From a virus (taxonomy: Duplodnaviria; Caudoviricetes): 64,000 nucleotides of DNA. The notes beneath the pieces are model-generated. The model did no database searches. It was not told the origin of the DNA and saw nothing but the letters and a program-made list of their open reading frames with translations. Below are positions 10,234-21,800 of the stretch, piece after piece. Location: positions 1 to 64,000 of IMG/VR virus record IMGVR_UViG_3300031760_005061; one strand, given 5' to 3'. The translations under genes and the position numbers were made by a program. Position 1 is the first letter of the stretch, and each line of letters begins with the position of its first letter.

Positions 10234-11226
10234 ATGAGCTGGGATCTTTATAACAAGAAACTTACAGCAACCGGATACACCGCAAGAGAAAGGCAACTCA
10301 ATCAATCTCGCGAAGATTTCTTGAGAGAGGCTGTTAAGAACCCCGCTTTTCACATAGCGAAAAGAAATGAAGTCGAGCAGCCGTTTTTAATCACCCGTAC
10401 TGAGGTTCCGGAAAAATACAAGATTGTAGCATTTCCGGGAGACGACTTAGTTGACGGCGATTATATCGACGTATTCGGAGAGCGGTTTCTTGTTATACAG
10501 ACACGTGTTCAAGATACTCTACAGAAAAACGGTATTATGTGGTTATGCAACCATGAGTTTGTTTGGCAGAATTTTACGTCAGATATCGTTAAAAGATGGG
10601 GCGTACTTGACAGCGGTGTATACTCATCAACCATTCAAGGTGAAGTTACTGCTCGGTCTAAAAACAAGCAGTTTAAACTTTACTTTCCGTTAGACGAAGG
10701 TACTAACAAAATATTTGTCGATAAGAGGTTAGCGTGCGACAAAATGTACGACCAATTCGGTCACGAAATATTGAACGTGTATCACGTTACCGGCTATGAC
10801 GCCACCAGTGAATCTTTCGGCACCGGCGCACATCTGCTTATTCTGAACTTGCGAAGTGATGAATATGATAGAGAGAAGGACAACGTCGAGCTGATGATTT
10901 GTGACTATATAGCCCCGGAAGAAGATACACCTACAGAGTTACTCGACTGCGCTATTACCGGCAACGACTTTGTTCGCGTTGGTACAAGCCGCAAATACGG
11001 CTCGGTGTTCTATACCGAGACCGGCGATATTGCGCTTGGCGTAGAAGCGGTATGGACTCTTGAGAGCGCGCCGGAAGGGGTTACCGCCGAGCAGACGGAC
11101 AACAAGTTTGCTATTACGGTACCCAACAAAGACGAGCTTATCGATCAACAAATAACAATCAGCCTTACCGATAATGGAGAATTATACGAGACGGTCTATA
11201 AGACCATCGATATTATCGGATTATAA
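10234..11226 (+). CDS. Head closure/neck protein with C-terminal Ig-like domain
   Basis: Start at ATG 10234 after GGGGTG RBS; beta-rich C-terminus (AITGNDFVRVG...AVWTL). Confidence 0.6.
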   Translation: MSWDLYNKKLTATGYTARERQLNQSREDFLREAVKNPAFHIAKRNEVEQPFLITRTEVPEKYKIVAFPGDDLVDGDYIDVFGERFLVIQTRVQDTLQKNGIMWLCNHEFVWQNFTSDIVKRWGVLDSGVYSSTIQGEVTARSKNKQFKLYFPLDEGTNKIFVDKRLACDKMYDQFGHEILNVYHVTGYDATSESFGTGAHLLILNLRSDEYDREKDNVELMICDYIAPEEDTPTELLDCAITGNDFVRVGTSRKYGSVFYTETGDIALGVEAVWTLESAPEGVTAEQTDNKFAITVPNKDELIDQQITISLTDNGELYETVYKTIDIIGL

Positions 11227-11248
11227 TAAACACAAAGGAGAGTTGGTT

Positions 11249-11455
11249 ATGTACGATTTCCAGATTGTCAGTCTTTCTGAAAAATGGTTTGAAGAAAGCG
11301 TACCCGCCAATTACACAGACAGTTCACATCTCGGTACTCCTTGTCAGGTTCCCTCGATGGTTATCGATGAAACAAACGGTGTTATATACGTTTGTGAGAA
11401 ACCCGATGCAACGACCAAGAATGCCGGATGGGTTAAATACGTCTTAGACACTTAA
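11249..11455 (+). CDS. 68-aa neck-module protein, paralogous to the N-terminus of 37016..37993
   Basis: AAAGGAG RBS, ATG 11249; direct alignment to the later gene (see findings). Confidence 0.7.
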   Translation: MYDFQIVSLSEKWFEESVPANYTDSSHLGTPCQVPSMVIDETNGVIYVCEKPDATTKNAGWVKYVLDT

Positions 11456-11473
11456 TTAATTGGTGGTGAATAA

Positions 11474-11953
11474 ATGGCTGCAACCACTTCTACAGTAAAA
11501 CGAGAGATAATGTTGAAGCTCGCAAATGATCCTAAGATCTTCGAACTCATCAACAATCCTACTATCGATCCGGAAAATCCGGACGATTTAATATATGTTA
11601 ATATTTTTCCATACCTCAAAGTTAATTATACCATTCAAGAAGTCGGCACATATATCGGCGTCAAGATAGACTATCCCGTTATCAATGATAACGAGATATG
11701 GAAAAACGCCGAGATGACTATATCTATCATATGTGCCAACGGAGCGATGAAAGCTAAGGGCGGATTATCCCGTACTGATTTAATCAGCGAAAGAATCATC
11801 GAGCTGCTTCAATGGAACAGAGACTATGGTTGCAGGATAGAACTCATAAGCGAGAAAGAAAACCCTGTTGACGAAAACTTCTATTATAGAAAAATGGTCT
11901 TCGGGTTCTTCGCTCCTAACGGTATGAAAAACGGAGTTAAGGTTAACGTATGA
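11474..11953 (+). CDS. Tail terminator-like protein
   Basis: Size, position and an R-x-D-x-I motif (SRTDLISERI). Confidence 0.55.
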   Translation: MAATTSTVKREIMLKLANDPKIFELINNPTIDPENPDDLIYVNIFPYLKVNYTIQEVGTYIGVKIDYPVINDNEIWKNAEMTISIICANGAMKAKGGLSRTDLISERIIELLQWNRDYGCRIELISEKENPVDENFYYRKMVFGFFAPNGMKNGVKVNV

Positions 11954-12681
11954 GAGTTGACGAACTGAAGCTACTTAGCGGCATAGACGTTGAAGTCTCG
12001 CCGCATATCGTGATGCATCATCCGAAGCTTTCAGAAATACGTGATATGGGAGAAAGGGAGTACTACGGCTTAATAACCACATTATGCTCTACGCCGTCCG
12101 ATTACAAGTCAATACTGTATGACCAGTTTAATATAGACTACGAAGAGGTCGGCGAATTTGAGTTCTTCTTAATGATGTGGTCCACGCTGCACGATACGGA
12201 TATATCTATTATATTTCCGGGTATGAAGTTTGAGGATTTTCATATAGTTCAAAATAATGAAACCGGTCTTTTATCATTATACAATGAGAAAACCGGTGAC
12301 TTTATTAACGAGATTGTATACACGACAATCACGAGCTATTTAAGAGAATTCCATGGACTGTCAAAGCGTGTAGACAAAGCTGGTAACGAAAGTACAAAAC
12401 GGTACCTTATCAATAAAGCCCGCAAGGAACTTGAGAGAAGGAAAAATGACGAATACAAACCCGTACTCGCTCCGCTTGTGTCGGCGATGGTCAACTGCGA
12501 GCAGTTTAAATATGACCATCACACAGTATGGGACTTAACGATTTACCAGTTTATGGACTCGGTAAAACGAATACAAAAAATCAGAAATGTTTCTGACGTT
12601 ATGACCGGTATATACACCGGTAACATAGACGCCAAGAAGCTTTCAGATGATACAACAAACTGGCTGGGCGCACTTAAGTAA
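11950..12681 (+). CDS. Tail-module protein (possible tail assembly chaperone)
   Basis: ATGA overlap; motif VWDLTIYQFMD resembles tail chaperones. Confidence 0.5.
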   Translation: MRVDELKLLSGIDVEVSPHIVMHHPKLSEIRDMGEREYYGLITTLCSTPSDYKSILYDQFNIDYEEVGEFEFFLMMWSTLHDTDISIIFPGMKFEDFHIVQNNETGLLSLYNEKTGDFINEIVYTTITSYLREFHGLSKRVDKAGNESTKRYLINKARKELERRKNDEYKPVLAPLVSAMVNCEQFKYDHHTVWDLTIYQFMDSVKRIQKIRNVSDVMTGIYTGNIDAKKLSDDTTNWLGALK

Positions 12682-12716
12682 ACCCGGCCTTAATCTTTAA
12701 CAGGAGGAAAATATAT

Positions 12717-13754
12717 ATGCAGAATACGAGACTTACAAGTGCCGATTTTGACAAAATGATAATTGAGTCAATCGACGAAGTTATGGCATATGACCGTGGT
12801 AACGGTGAGCTTAAGTTTTGGTTCGACCAGATTAAATCCGGCGAGCTTACTTCTGACGCAGAGGTTGTTTACGCAGAAGGCCGACAGGGCGTTCAGCTTG
12901 CAGCTTTCGACAGAAACAAGACCGCTGGCTTCACCTGTGAGAACGGTTATGTTCTTGCGAGCGCTATCGCGACACAGCTTGGTTCCAACCTTGAGGTTGC
13001 AAGCAACGACGACAAACTGACCATTCAGATTCAAGATTTCTTTGAACAGGCAAATGGCACTACTACAATTAAACTTGTTGGTGGCTCAGCTACCGCCGGT
13101 CAGACCGCTGACCTTTCCGCCCCGCCTGCCACAGAAGACACTCTTAAATATATCTACAAAATCGGCAACGATAACTCAATCGTTAAAAAGCTTGATGTTG
13201 TTGAGGTTGAAACTGTTACTTCTATGCCTACTGCATCCGAAAACTATGTTGGCAAATATGTATATCTCAATACAGGTGATGATGCAGGACTTTATCTTGG
13301 CAAAGATAACGGAGCGTCGGCCGAGACAAGATATACATTTGATGGCCCTATTGAAATCACAGAAACAACCGAAATGTTCGGCATAGATTATACAATAGAG
13401 GGTTCCGGCACCGAAGAAGTAATTACCGGTGCGACACTGACTGCGTTCCTTGTTGCTGCAACAAAAGATACTTCATATCTTGCAGTTTATGACACAAAAG
13501 TCGCTGTTGGTAAAAAGATCGTCAATAGAGGCGATAGATTTGCCGGTAACGTTAAGCTTGTCATCAACTTTGTTGCGCAGGATCCTTGCAGCGGTAGCAA
13601 ATACCTTATGCAGGCAATTATGCCCAACGCAAAAGTTTCTGGCTCGTTCTCACTCTCTGCCGGTGACGATCCCGCAGTTCAGAACTTTGAAGCAACCGCC
13701 ATGCTTGACGTTTGCTCAATCGATAAGGAACTCTTCACCATCGTCATGGCGTAA
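12717..13754 (+). CDS. Major tail (tube) protein
   Basis: AGGAGG RBS, high-expression codons; tube-like C-terminus (PNAKVSGSFSLSAGDDPAVQNFE); followed by a terminator. Confidence 0.8.
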   Translation: MQNTRLTSADFDKMIIESIDEVMAYDRGNGELKFWFDQIKSGELTSDAEVVYAEGRQGVQLAAFDRNKTAGFTCENGYVLASAIATQLGSNLEVASNDDKLTIQIQDFFEQANGTTTIKLVGGSATAGQTADLSAPPATEDTLKYIYKIGNDNSIVKKLDVVEVETVTSMPTASENYVGKYVYLNTGDDAGLYLGKDNGASAETRYTFDGPIEITETTEMFGIDYTIEGSGTEEVITGATLTAFLVAATKDTSYLAVYDTKVAVGKKIVNRGDRFAGNVKLVINFVAQDPCSGSKYLMQAIMPNAKVSGSFSLSAGDDPAVQNFEATAMLDVCSIDKELFTIVMA

Positions 13755-13777
13755 GAGCCAAGTTAAATATGAAAGGA

Positions 13778-13808
13778 GCCGCCCGGTTAATTGCCGGGCG
13801 GTTTGTTT
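13778..13808 (+). terminator. Intrinsic terminator-like hairpin after the tail tube gene
   Basis: GCCGCCCGG-TTAATTG-CCGGGCGGT followed by TTGTTT. Confidence 0.65.
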
Positions 13809-13811
13809 GAT

Positions 13812-14171
13812 ATGGAAAGAAAACCTAATCACACTTGCAGAAATATGAACTGTCACAAGGGCGCGGATGGCGGACGTAAACAATACTATGCCTGCGACGT
13901 ATGCGACAGAACCAGTTATCGGGTAATTGCGTGCAGTCCGGAATGTTATGCCGAGATTATGCGCATACGCAATAAGCCTGTTGAGATTAGACCCGAGCGT
14001 TCAGACAAAACCGAGTCAGAGATAAATGAAATAATGACCGCTCCGATAGAAGAGGTCGAGAAGAGATCTCGCGAGGAATTATCGGACTATGCAGACAAAA
14101 TCGAGACAATGGGTCTGGAAAAAGTTGTTGACTTGATCAACGAAGAAATTGATGCGGAGGCGAAGTCGTGA
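13812..14171 (+). CDS. Cys-rich (Zn-binding) hypothetical protein
   Basis: CRNMNC, CDVC and CSPEC motifs; ATG at 13812. Confidence 0.6.
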   Translation: MERKPNHTCRNMNCHKGADGGRKQYYACDVCDRTSYRVIACSPECYAEIMRIRNKPVEIRPERSDKTESEINEIMTAPIEEVEKRSREELSDYADKIETMGLEKVVDLINEEIDAEAKS

Positions 14172-14653
14172 AAATATTATGTCTCGACCAAGCGACGCGC
14201 ATCACCGGGTACAGCGTTTGGCAAAACGGCAAGTTAAAAAAATACGGAACATTGGAGCCGAATATACCCAAGAATGTGACGTATATAGAGCGACTATCCG
14301 GCATGTGCAATGCTATAGAGTCGCTGATTATTAAAACCAAGCCGGACGTTGTATGTATTGAAGACGTTCAGTTCCAGTCCAATCAAAGGACTTTTAAAAT
14401 CCTTGCGCAGATGCAAGGGTACATATTTGCAATACTCGACAAAATAAAACTACCGTTTGTTATTGTCGAGCCGTCGTGCTGGAAAGCTTTTGATAGTATC
14501 AAGGCGAGAAAGCGCGAAGAACAAAAAGCACAGACTATAGAGTTTGTGAAAGAAAAATATAATATTGAGCAATTGTCTGAAGACGAAGCCGACGCTGTGG
14601 CGATCGGGTGTTGGGCGATTGCTAATGTAATGATTGAAAGGAAGAATGGATAA
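14168..14653 (+). CDS. ruvC: RuvC-like Holliday junction resolvase
   Basis: ILCLDQATRITGYS, VCIED, PSCWK and DEADAVAIG catalytic motifs. Confidence 0.85.
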   Translation: MKILCLDQATRITGYSVWQNGKLKKYGTLEPNIPKNVTYIERLSGMCNAIESLIIKTKPDVVCIEDVQFQSNQRTFKILAQMQGYIFAILDKIKLPFVIVEPSCWKAFDSIKARKREEQKAQTIEFVKEKYNIEQLSEDEADAVAIGCWAIANVMIERKNG

Positions 14654-15210
14654 TGGCTAAGAAAACAAAGAAAAGCGACATACAGACAATAGTCAATTCT
14701 TGCGTATGCGAGGATAAAACCTTAACCTATACCGATGAAAGCGGTAAAGAGGTTGTGGTTAAAGTGTTTGGTAAAGTCGATTTTGATAATAAAATCAGTG
14801 CGATGGAAGGCGCGAGGAGAATTCTGTTCTTGTCTAATGGTACTTGCTATCCGGAACTCAGATCGTTTGCTTTTGGATACGCGCTTGTACGCTGTTTCAC
14901 GGATATACAGAGCACAGACGCCATCGCGTTGTTTGATCTTGTAATGAACTCAAATATTGTTCAGAATATTACGGCCGCATTGTCAGAAATGGCGTACGAT
15001 AATTTCTGTATAGACTTTGAGAACATGGTTGATTTTTATAATAACTTTGCAATAGCGAGATATACAAAGATGCAGAATCTTGATAATCTCGCCGGAGCAA
15101 TTTCCGGTCTTATGGATAATGCCGGAGAGTCGTTCGAAAAAATCGCAGAAAAGATCGCGAATACGGACGAGAAAAAAATAATAGAGGTATTAGCCGAGAC
15201 GGTTAAATAA
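14653..15210 (+). CDS. Hypothetical protein (tail chaperone region)
   Basis: Translationally coupled ORF in the late operon. Confidence 0.6.
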   Translation: MAKKTKKSDIQTIVNSCVCEDKTLTYTDESGKEVVVKVFGKVDFDNKISAMEGARRILFLSNGTCYPELRSFAFGYALVRCFTDIQSTDAIALFDLVMNSNIVQNITAALSEMAYDNFCIDFENMVDFYNNFAIARYTKMQNLDNLAGAISGLMDNAGESFEKIAEKIANTDEKKIIEVLAETVK

Positions 15211-15249
15211 TTTTTATATCCGTTCGGCTTTTACAAGAGAGGATGTTTT

Positions 15250-15783
15250 ATGGGTTGGGTAGACGAAATCAGGGCCGCAGTTCAAGAATGTGCGAGCATA
15301 GCATTAGACCGGGCGTGGCCAGAGTGGTTAGAGTTTTGTGAACGTCACGTTCAAAGCCTATTTAACGAGTCGATAGATGATTTTTATAACTCGTATAGTC
15401 CTAAATATAAACGAAGAGGAACGTTATACGAACTATTATTTATTGACATACAGGGCGAGTCTTTTAGTGTGCAATACGACGAAGATAACTTGTATTTTTC
15501 ACATGGCGGCGGAGGCGAAGACTACTTATACGATCTTTTGTTTGAAGGTGGTTATCATGGCGGCGCCGACGACGGAGAAGATCACCCGTCTCCCGGAACT
15601 CCGTACTGGAGAGCAGGACGTCGATTTTCGAGATGGGGTAGACCTGCCAAACAGACAGCATCTCCGAAAGCAACGTTTGATTCTCTTGTGGATAACTTTG
15701 ATCGTAATATTGCGCAAAAAGAATTTGAAATTTTGATTAGACAGTACTTAACTGAAGAATTGGAAAGAGCTGGAATATCATAA
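15250..15783 (+). CDS. Tail completion-like protein before the tape measure gene
   Basis: GAGG RBS; FYxxYSPKYxRRG motif; position. Confidence 0.55.
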   Translation: MGWVDEIRAAVQECASIALDRAWPEWLEFCERHVQSLFNESIDDFYNSYSPKYKRRGTLYELLFIDIQGESFSVQYDEDNLYFSHGGGGEDYLYDLLFEGGYHGGADDGEDHPSPGTPYWRAGRRFSRWGRPAKQTASPKATFDSLVDNFDRNIAQKEFEILIRQYLTEELERAGIS

Positions 15784-15802
15784 GTAGATAGGAGGTGGTT
15801 AT

Positions 15803-18800
15803 ATGAAAGAAGGGTTCACTCTTAGCAAGCCTGAACTCACCATACCTGTAAATATCAAAGGCGAGAAACAAATCGCAGACTTAGAAGAAGAAGTTCGAGA
15901 CCTAAAGTGGGAACTCGCAGGCGCTCGAGACGAAGCCAGCAATCTGCGCTCGGAGATGCAGCGTTTAGGCGCAACAGATCTCAAAAAACTGAGACAAGAA
16001 CAACAAGAGTTATTTAACGGATTTGTTAAGTTAAACAATATTTCACTTTCAGATGACGGCGTAAAAAAATACAGGGAAAATATAGAGTCCGGTCTGCAAA
16101 CGGCGAGGCAGGCGGTAATGAGCTTTAAGAAAGAGTTTCCAGAAAAATTAGACCCAGAAGCGTTCTCGTTCTTTGGCAACGAAGGAACGTCGGGTCAAAT
16201 GAAAGAGATGAGTGCATCTACTGAAATACTCGCGGCAGCGCTAGTACAAGTTGTTGATCTTCTTAAGGATATGTCGACCACCATCAAAACACTCGACTTC
16301 TCTAAGGTTAAAACTGGAGCTAGAGCGGTAAAAGAGATTACGGAAGAACTCGCCAAAACTCCTATAGACCCAATGTCACAAATGCCGTCTAAATCAGCCT
16401 CCGATTATAGCGCGGCAATGCAGTCATCGTTAAACAGCTCGCTTAAAGATTATGGAATATCTTTGTCAAAATCTCTACAGGGCGATATACGTTCGCAGCC
16501 CGCCATATCCGAAGAAGCCGACGGACAGTTACGCTTCGTTGAGAATTTGGAGTTGGAGTCTAAGAAGGCGTCTGAAAGCGTTAATATGATTACCAGCTCC
16601 CTTGGTGAACTGCATAGTGCCGTTGCTGCTTTTAAAGAAAATCAAAACGCGGAGATGACACCCATCGATTTGGCCAAAGCCGAAGCGGACACAATAGCGA
16701 TCGCACAAAGTTTGGACGGTGCTATAGACACAAATGACCTATCTATTTATAGTGATTTTGTAAATTACTTACAGCAAGCGGGACAAGCGGCAGAAAAGGT
16801 TGCTGTCGCAGAAGATAAGATAGGCGACTCGTTTGAATCAAACGGTCTTACAGTATATGGCGAGTTTGAAGAATATTTGAAGCGAACCGAAGCTGCGGCT
16901 TCGGCGACCGCAGATACAATCAACGAAGATCTCGAGCCGGCAATGAAGTCCGTTATCGATATGGGTAATGCACCGCCTGGCGGAGGCGGAGGTGACGGTG
17001 GCGGTATATTTGGTGATGGCGGAGACGGTGAACTCGACGAGCTAAAAATAACCGAACGTCAAATGCAACGTCTCGGCGAGATTGCTATGGATATTTCTCA
17101 TGTTGATTGGGAGAATAGCGATTTTATTCGCGGACTTGATCAAAGCAGCGAAGAGTTTGCAAAGATGGTCGAATGGGGTGAAACGCTCCAGCAAATGCTT
17201 AGCGAGCTTAGTATTAGTCGCGACGAGGTCGGTGGCGTAACCGATGTTCTCGGCGAAGATAACGAGCGTATCGACGCCGAATACTTCCAGCAAATAGCCG
17301 ACGGTTATAAGGCGTATGCGTCTGCTCGTAAGGCCGCTCAAGATATAGGAAAAGATACCGGTAATACAGATAAACAACTCGAAAAAGAAGCTCAAGCTGC
17401 GCTCAAAACTGCCGAGGGTTACAGAAACCTCGAGGTAGCAATAGCACAGTATACAGCGAAGAATCGTACGATGATGTCGAGCGATGTTTATCAAAAATTT
17501 CAGCAATTGCAGTCTGCTGTTCAAGCAGGCACTATTAGTCTACAAGAGGCACAGTCGCAGTTTAAATCGCTGAAGGCGTCGGTTGAGTCTACAGCTTCTC
17601 CTCTTGATAGATTTATTAAACAATTCAAATCGCACTTCTTTACGCAGTTTAGTACGAAGGTTATTACCGCCGGGTTTATGGAGCTCAAGAAGGCTATACG
17701 TGATGTATTCCAGAATGTTATTGAGCTCGACAAGGCGATTACCGACCTTCAGATCGCCACCGGATACTCACGCGAGCAAACGGCGGCGCTTGTTAAAGAG
17801 TATTCTCAGCTTGGTAACAAGATTGGCGCAACAACTTTAGAGGTTGCACAAGCGGCTGATGAATGGCTGAGACAGGGCTATTCTGCTGAGGAAGCGAGTA
17901 GGTTAATAGAAAGTTCTATGATGCTGTCAAAGCTCGGTCAGATTTCTGCGTCCGAGGCTACGACGGCATTAACAAGCGCGATCAACGGCTATAAGATGTC
18001 TGCCGAAGATGCTGTAAGTATTGTTGATAAACTTACGGCTGTTGATATGGAAGCAGCGGCAAGTGCGGGCGGATTGGCAACTTCTATGTCCAAAACCGCG
18101 ACAAGTGCAATGACCGCCGGCGTATCAATGGATACTCTTATAGGATATATCGCGAAGGTTAAAGAAGTTACGCAAGATGGCGACGAAGCCGTTGGTACGT
18201 TCTTCAAAACAATGCTTGCTCGTATGGGCAACATCAAATCCGGATTGCTTGTCGATCCGGAGACCGATGAAGACCTCAGTGATGTCGAGTCGGCACTTTC
18301 TGGCGTCGGTATTAAACTCAGAGACACATCAAACCATTTCCGTGATCTCGAATCGGTACTGAACGAAGTTAGTCAGCAATGGGGCAATTACAGTAATGTC
18401 CAGCAAAGAGCGATAGCAAAGGCATTTGCCGGAACACGTCAGCAAGAGAAATTCCTTGTTCTTATGGAGAACTATGATGACGCGATGAGGCTTGCCGGTG
18501 TTGCCGCTAATTCTTCTGGCACTGCTATACAGAAATACAACGACGCATATCTTAAATCATATGAAGCAGCTAAGAATTCGTTAAGCGCAAGTACAGAAGC
18601 ATTTTCTCAATCCGTACTTGATACAGATATTGTTATAGGTGCTGTTAATGCGCTTAATATGCTTGTTCAAGCATTGACAAAACTGAACGAGACTGGAGCG
18701 GTAGGATGGTTTACAGCCGCCGCAGCTGGACTTGTTGTTTTTACCAAGAGAGCGCACGATTTAGTTAATGCGTTTAATACCATTCAAGGTACAGTTAGTC

Positions 18801-21800
18801 CGGTTATTGCATCGGTGCGTGGGTTATCAGCCGGCCAAGATGGGTTCGCTGATTCTGTTACTAAGATTTCGAATGCTATTGCCGGTCAAAATAAGGTTAT
18901 ACAAGATAATGTTATTTCTTTGACGGCCAAAACAAACAAAGAAGCTGCTTTGGCTGTGGTTGCACAACTCAATGCAGCGTCCGAAGAGAAGATTACGGCC
19001 GATACGCTTACACACAATGCTGCGATCGGAGCTACAATATTGGGTCTCGATAAAGAGCAAGCAGAGCTTTTAGAGTCTATTGTAGTTAAAAATGCTGACG
19101 CTATTGCTACCGGCAAACTAACAGAAGCCGAATTAGCTGAAATGATTGTAACCGGCAAAATTGCCGAGGGGTCACTTGCTGAACAGCTTGCTCATATGTT
19201 ATGTGCTGGTGCAAAGAAAACTGAAGATGTAGCAACACAGCATCTTACAAAGTCACAAATAGCGCTTAATGCGGCTGGTGGTCCAACCACGTTAATTTTG
19301 CTCGCAATTGCCGGGGCGGTTGTCGGGTTAGTATATGCGTTCAAGAAATTGTCTTCGGCTGAAAGCGAGGCACGCGCAGATCTTGAGGATATGCGCAGCG
19401 ATCTTAACGCAACCGAAAACGAGATTAGTAGTATTACATCCGAGCTCGAACAAAACAAAACAAGACTCGAAGAATTAAACGACGTTGAACATCCGACGTA
19501 TGCAACAGAGGCGGAAATTGCTAAACTTGAGGAAACTAATCAGAAACTAGAAACCCAGCTTGCGCTTCTTAAAGCAAGAGCCAAATACCAAAACAACCAG
19601 ATTGACAAGCAAGAAGAAAAGGTTTGGGAGAAAGCGAATTCTCATACCGTTGGATCTACTGTATGGTATGATGACGGTGGCGGCAAGGTAGCAAAACCGT
19701 TTCAGTGGATAGCGGATGAGGAAATGTATAGCCATTTCTTGTCGACCGCCGATGCCGTCGATGTTTATATACAGAAGATGAACGACGCACAGAGCGCGCT
19801 CGACCAATATCAACAAGAAGCGCTTAAAGACGGCGAGATCAATGATGATGAACAGAAGAAAATCGACGAACTAAGTAAAGAAGTCCAAAGATATACCGGA
19901 GACCTTCTTACAATGTCCGATATTCTCGGAGATGCCGGAGACAAAGGTCAAGAGTTTGTAGATAAAATCGCGTATGCGACCACAGATGCTGCCGGTCGTT
20001 GGGGAATGATGAAGAACGACCTTGATGAGGTTCGTAAACGTATCGATGCTAATGACCTTAAAGGTCTAGACGAAGACAATATTGGCGAGCGATTAGATTC
20101 GAAGCAAATTCAGTCATACGCACAGGCTATTAAGAATGCCGGTTCGGAAAATGAACTATTTAATAGCATTACTAAGGATATGACCGATGAACAAATTATC
20201 CTTTGGTTTGCAGACTTGACAGGAGCCGCTGATGATTATAAAGACTCCGTTGATAAAGCAACTGATAAAAACTATGACTTTGCTGATAGTTTGCAAGCGA
20301 TAGGTAACGCTCAATCCGGTTTTAAATCTATTAAAAAAGCTTTTGACGACATAAATAGTGATGGTAAAGTCTCGTTTGATACAATATCTGATATTTCTGC
20401 TGCCCTCAAAGACGTTGGTGTAGACGATTCTGATATAGAAAAATATACAGGTACACTTCTAAAGGCAAAGAAGAACTCAGCAGAGTTTAAACAAACACTG
20501 TCCGATATGACATATGTTTATGCCAGAAATAAGATCGGCATAGATAACCTTGTTGGGGCAGATGAAAAACTAATAGCAAGGCAGTTGGATGGAATCGGCG
20601 TGTCTAATTCTGCCGCGGTTGCTCATCAGTTGGTGGCTGAGGCCGAAGCTAAAGTTGCTATGCAAGCTGCGTTAGCATCTGGAGATGTCAATGGATTTAT
20701 TTCGGCTCTGTCGTCTGAGGCTGGCCAGGCTGCTATTACAGAACAATCGTTTGTAGATCTTGTTGCCGAGATGATTGTATTTAATAGTACAAATCTTGAC
20801 GTGTCACAAAAGATTTCAGCTCTTAACTCTCTTATATTTGCAGCTTATGGTGCTGAAAATGCTATTAATGCCGCTTTAGGTGGCGACGGTCAAGCGGTAA
20901 TACAAGCAGCCGCTGACCAAGAATACGCAAGATGGAGACAGTCGAACCCCGTGCCTTCCGATGTGAAGAATGGAGACTTTAGAACATCGTCTGTATACAA
21001 ACAATTTCAGGACCAAGCTACTTTAGATGCCTATAATTATGCTTTAGAGAAAGCCGCTAAAAAGGCAAGTAAAAACCAGCCGCAATTTACACCTACTGGC
21101 GGCAATACCGGCGGAGGATCTTCTTCTGGTGGAGGTGGCGGCGGTGGTTCGTCAACATCCGCGCTTGACAACTACACCAAATCCGTTGATAACAAGCAGA
21201 AGAAGCTCGAACTCTCATATAAGAGAGGAGAAATGTCCGCCAAAGATTATTTCAAAGCCCTCGAAATCATCTATAAAGAAGGATACGACGGTTTAAAGAA
21301 AGCGATCGAAAATGGCGAATTCTCAGACTCTGATGAGGAAGAGCTTCTCGATGCCGAAACCGGTATGCTCGACAAGCTTCAAGGCGCACACCGCGACTCC
21401 TACGAAGAAGAAAAGAAACTGCAAGACCACTACCTCAAGATGAACTACATCACCGAGGAGCAGTACTTCGCCGAACTCACCCGTCTCTATCTCACCTACT
21501 ACGCCGGACGCGAAGAGTATTCCGAAGAAGCACAGCAAGCCGAGGAAGAACTCTACGAAAAAGGCACGGCGATTGTAGAGAAATGGGCGAACGCAGCGGT
21601 TGATGCGGTTAACGCGGTCAGCAGCGCAATGCAAAGCATGGCGTCCGCGGCTACCGACCTCCTTCAAGGCCTTATCGACGCTAACGAACACTCGTTTGAC
21701 AGATATTATAAGAACCTTCAGCACCAGCTGAAGATGAACTATATAACCGAAGCAGAATACACAGACCAGCTTGACAAACTCTATAAGAGATACTTTAAGG

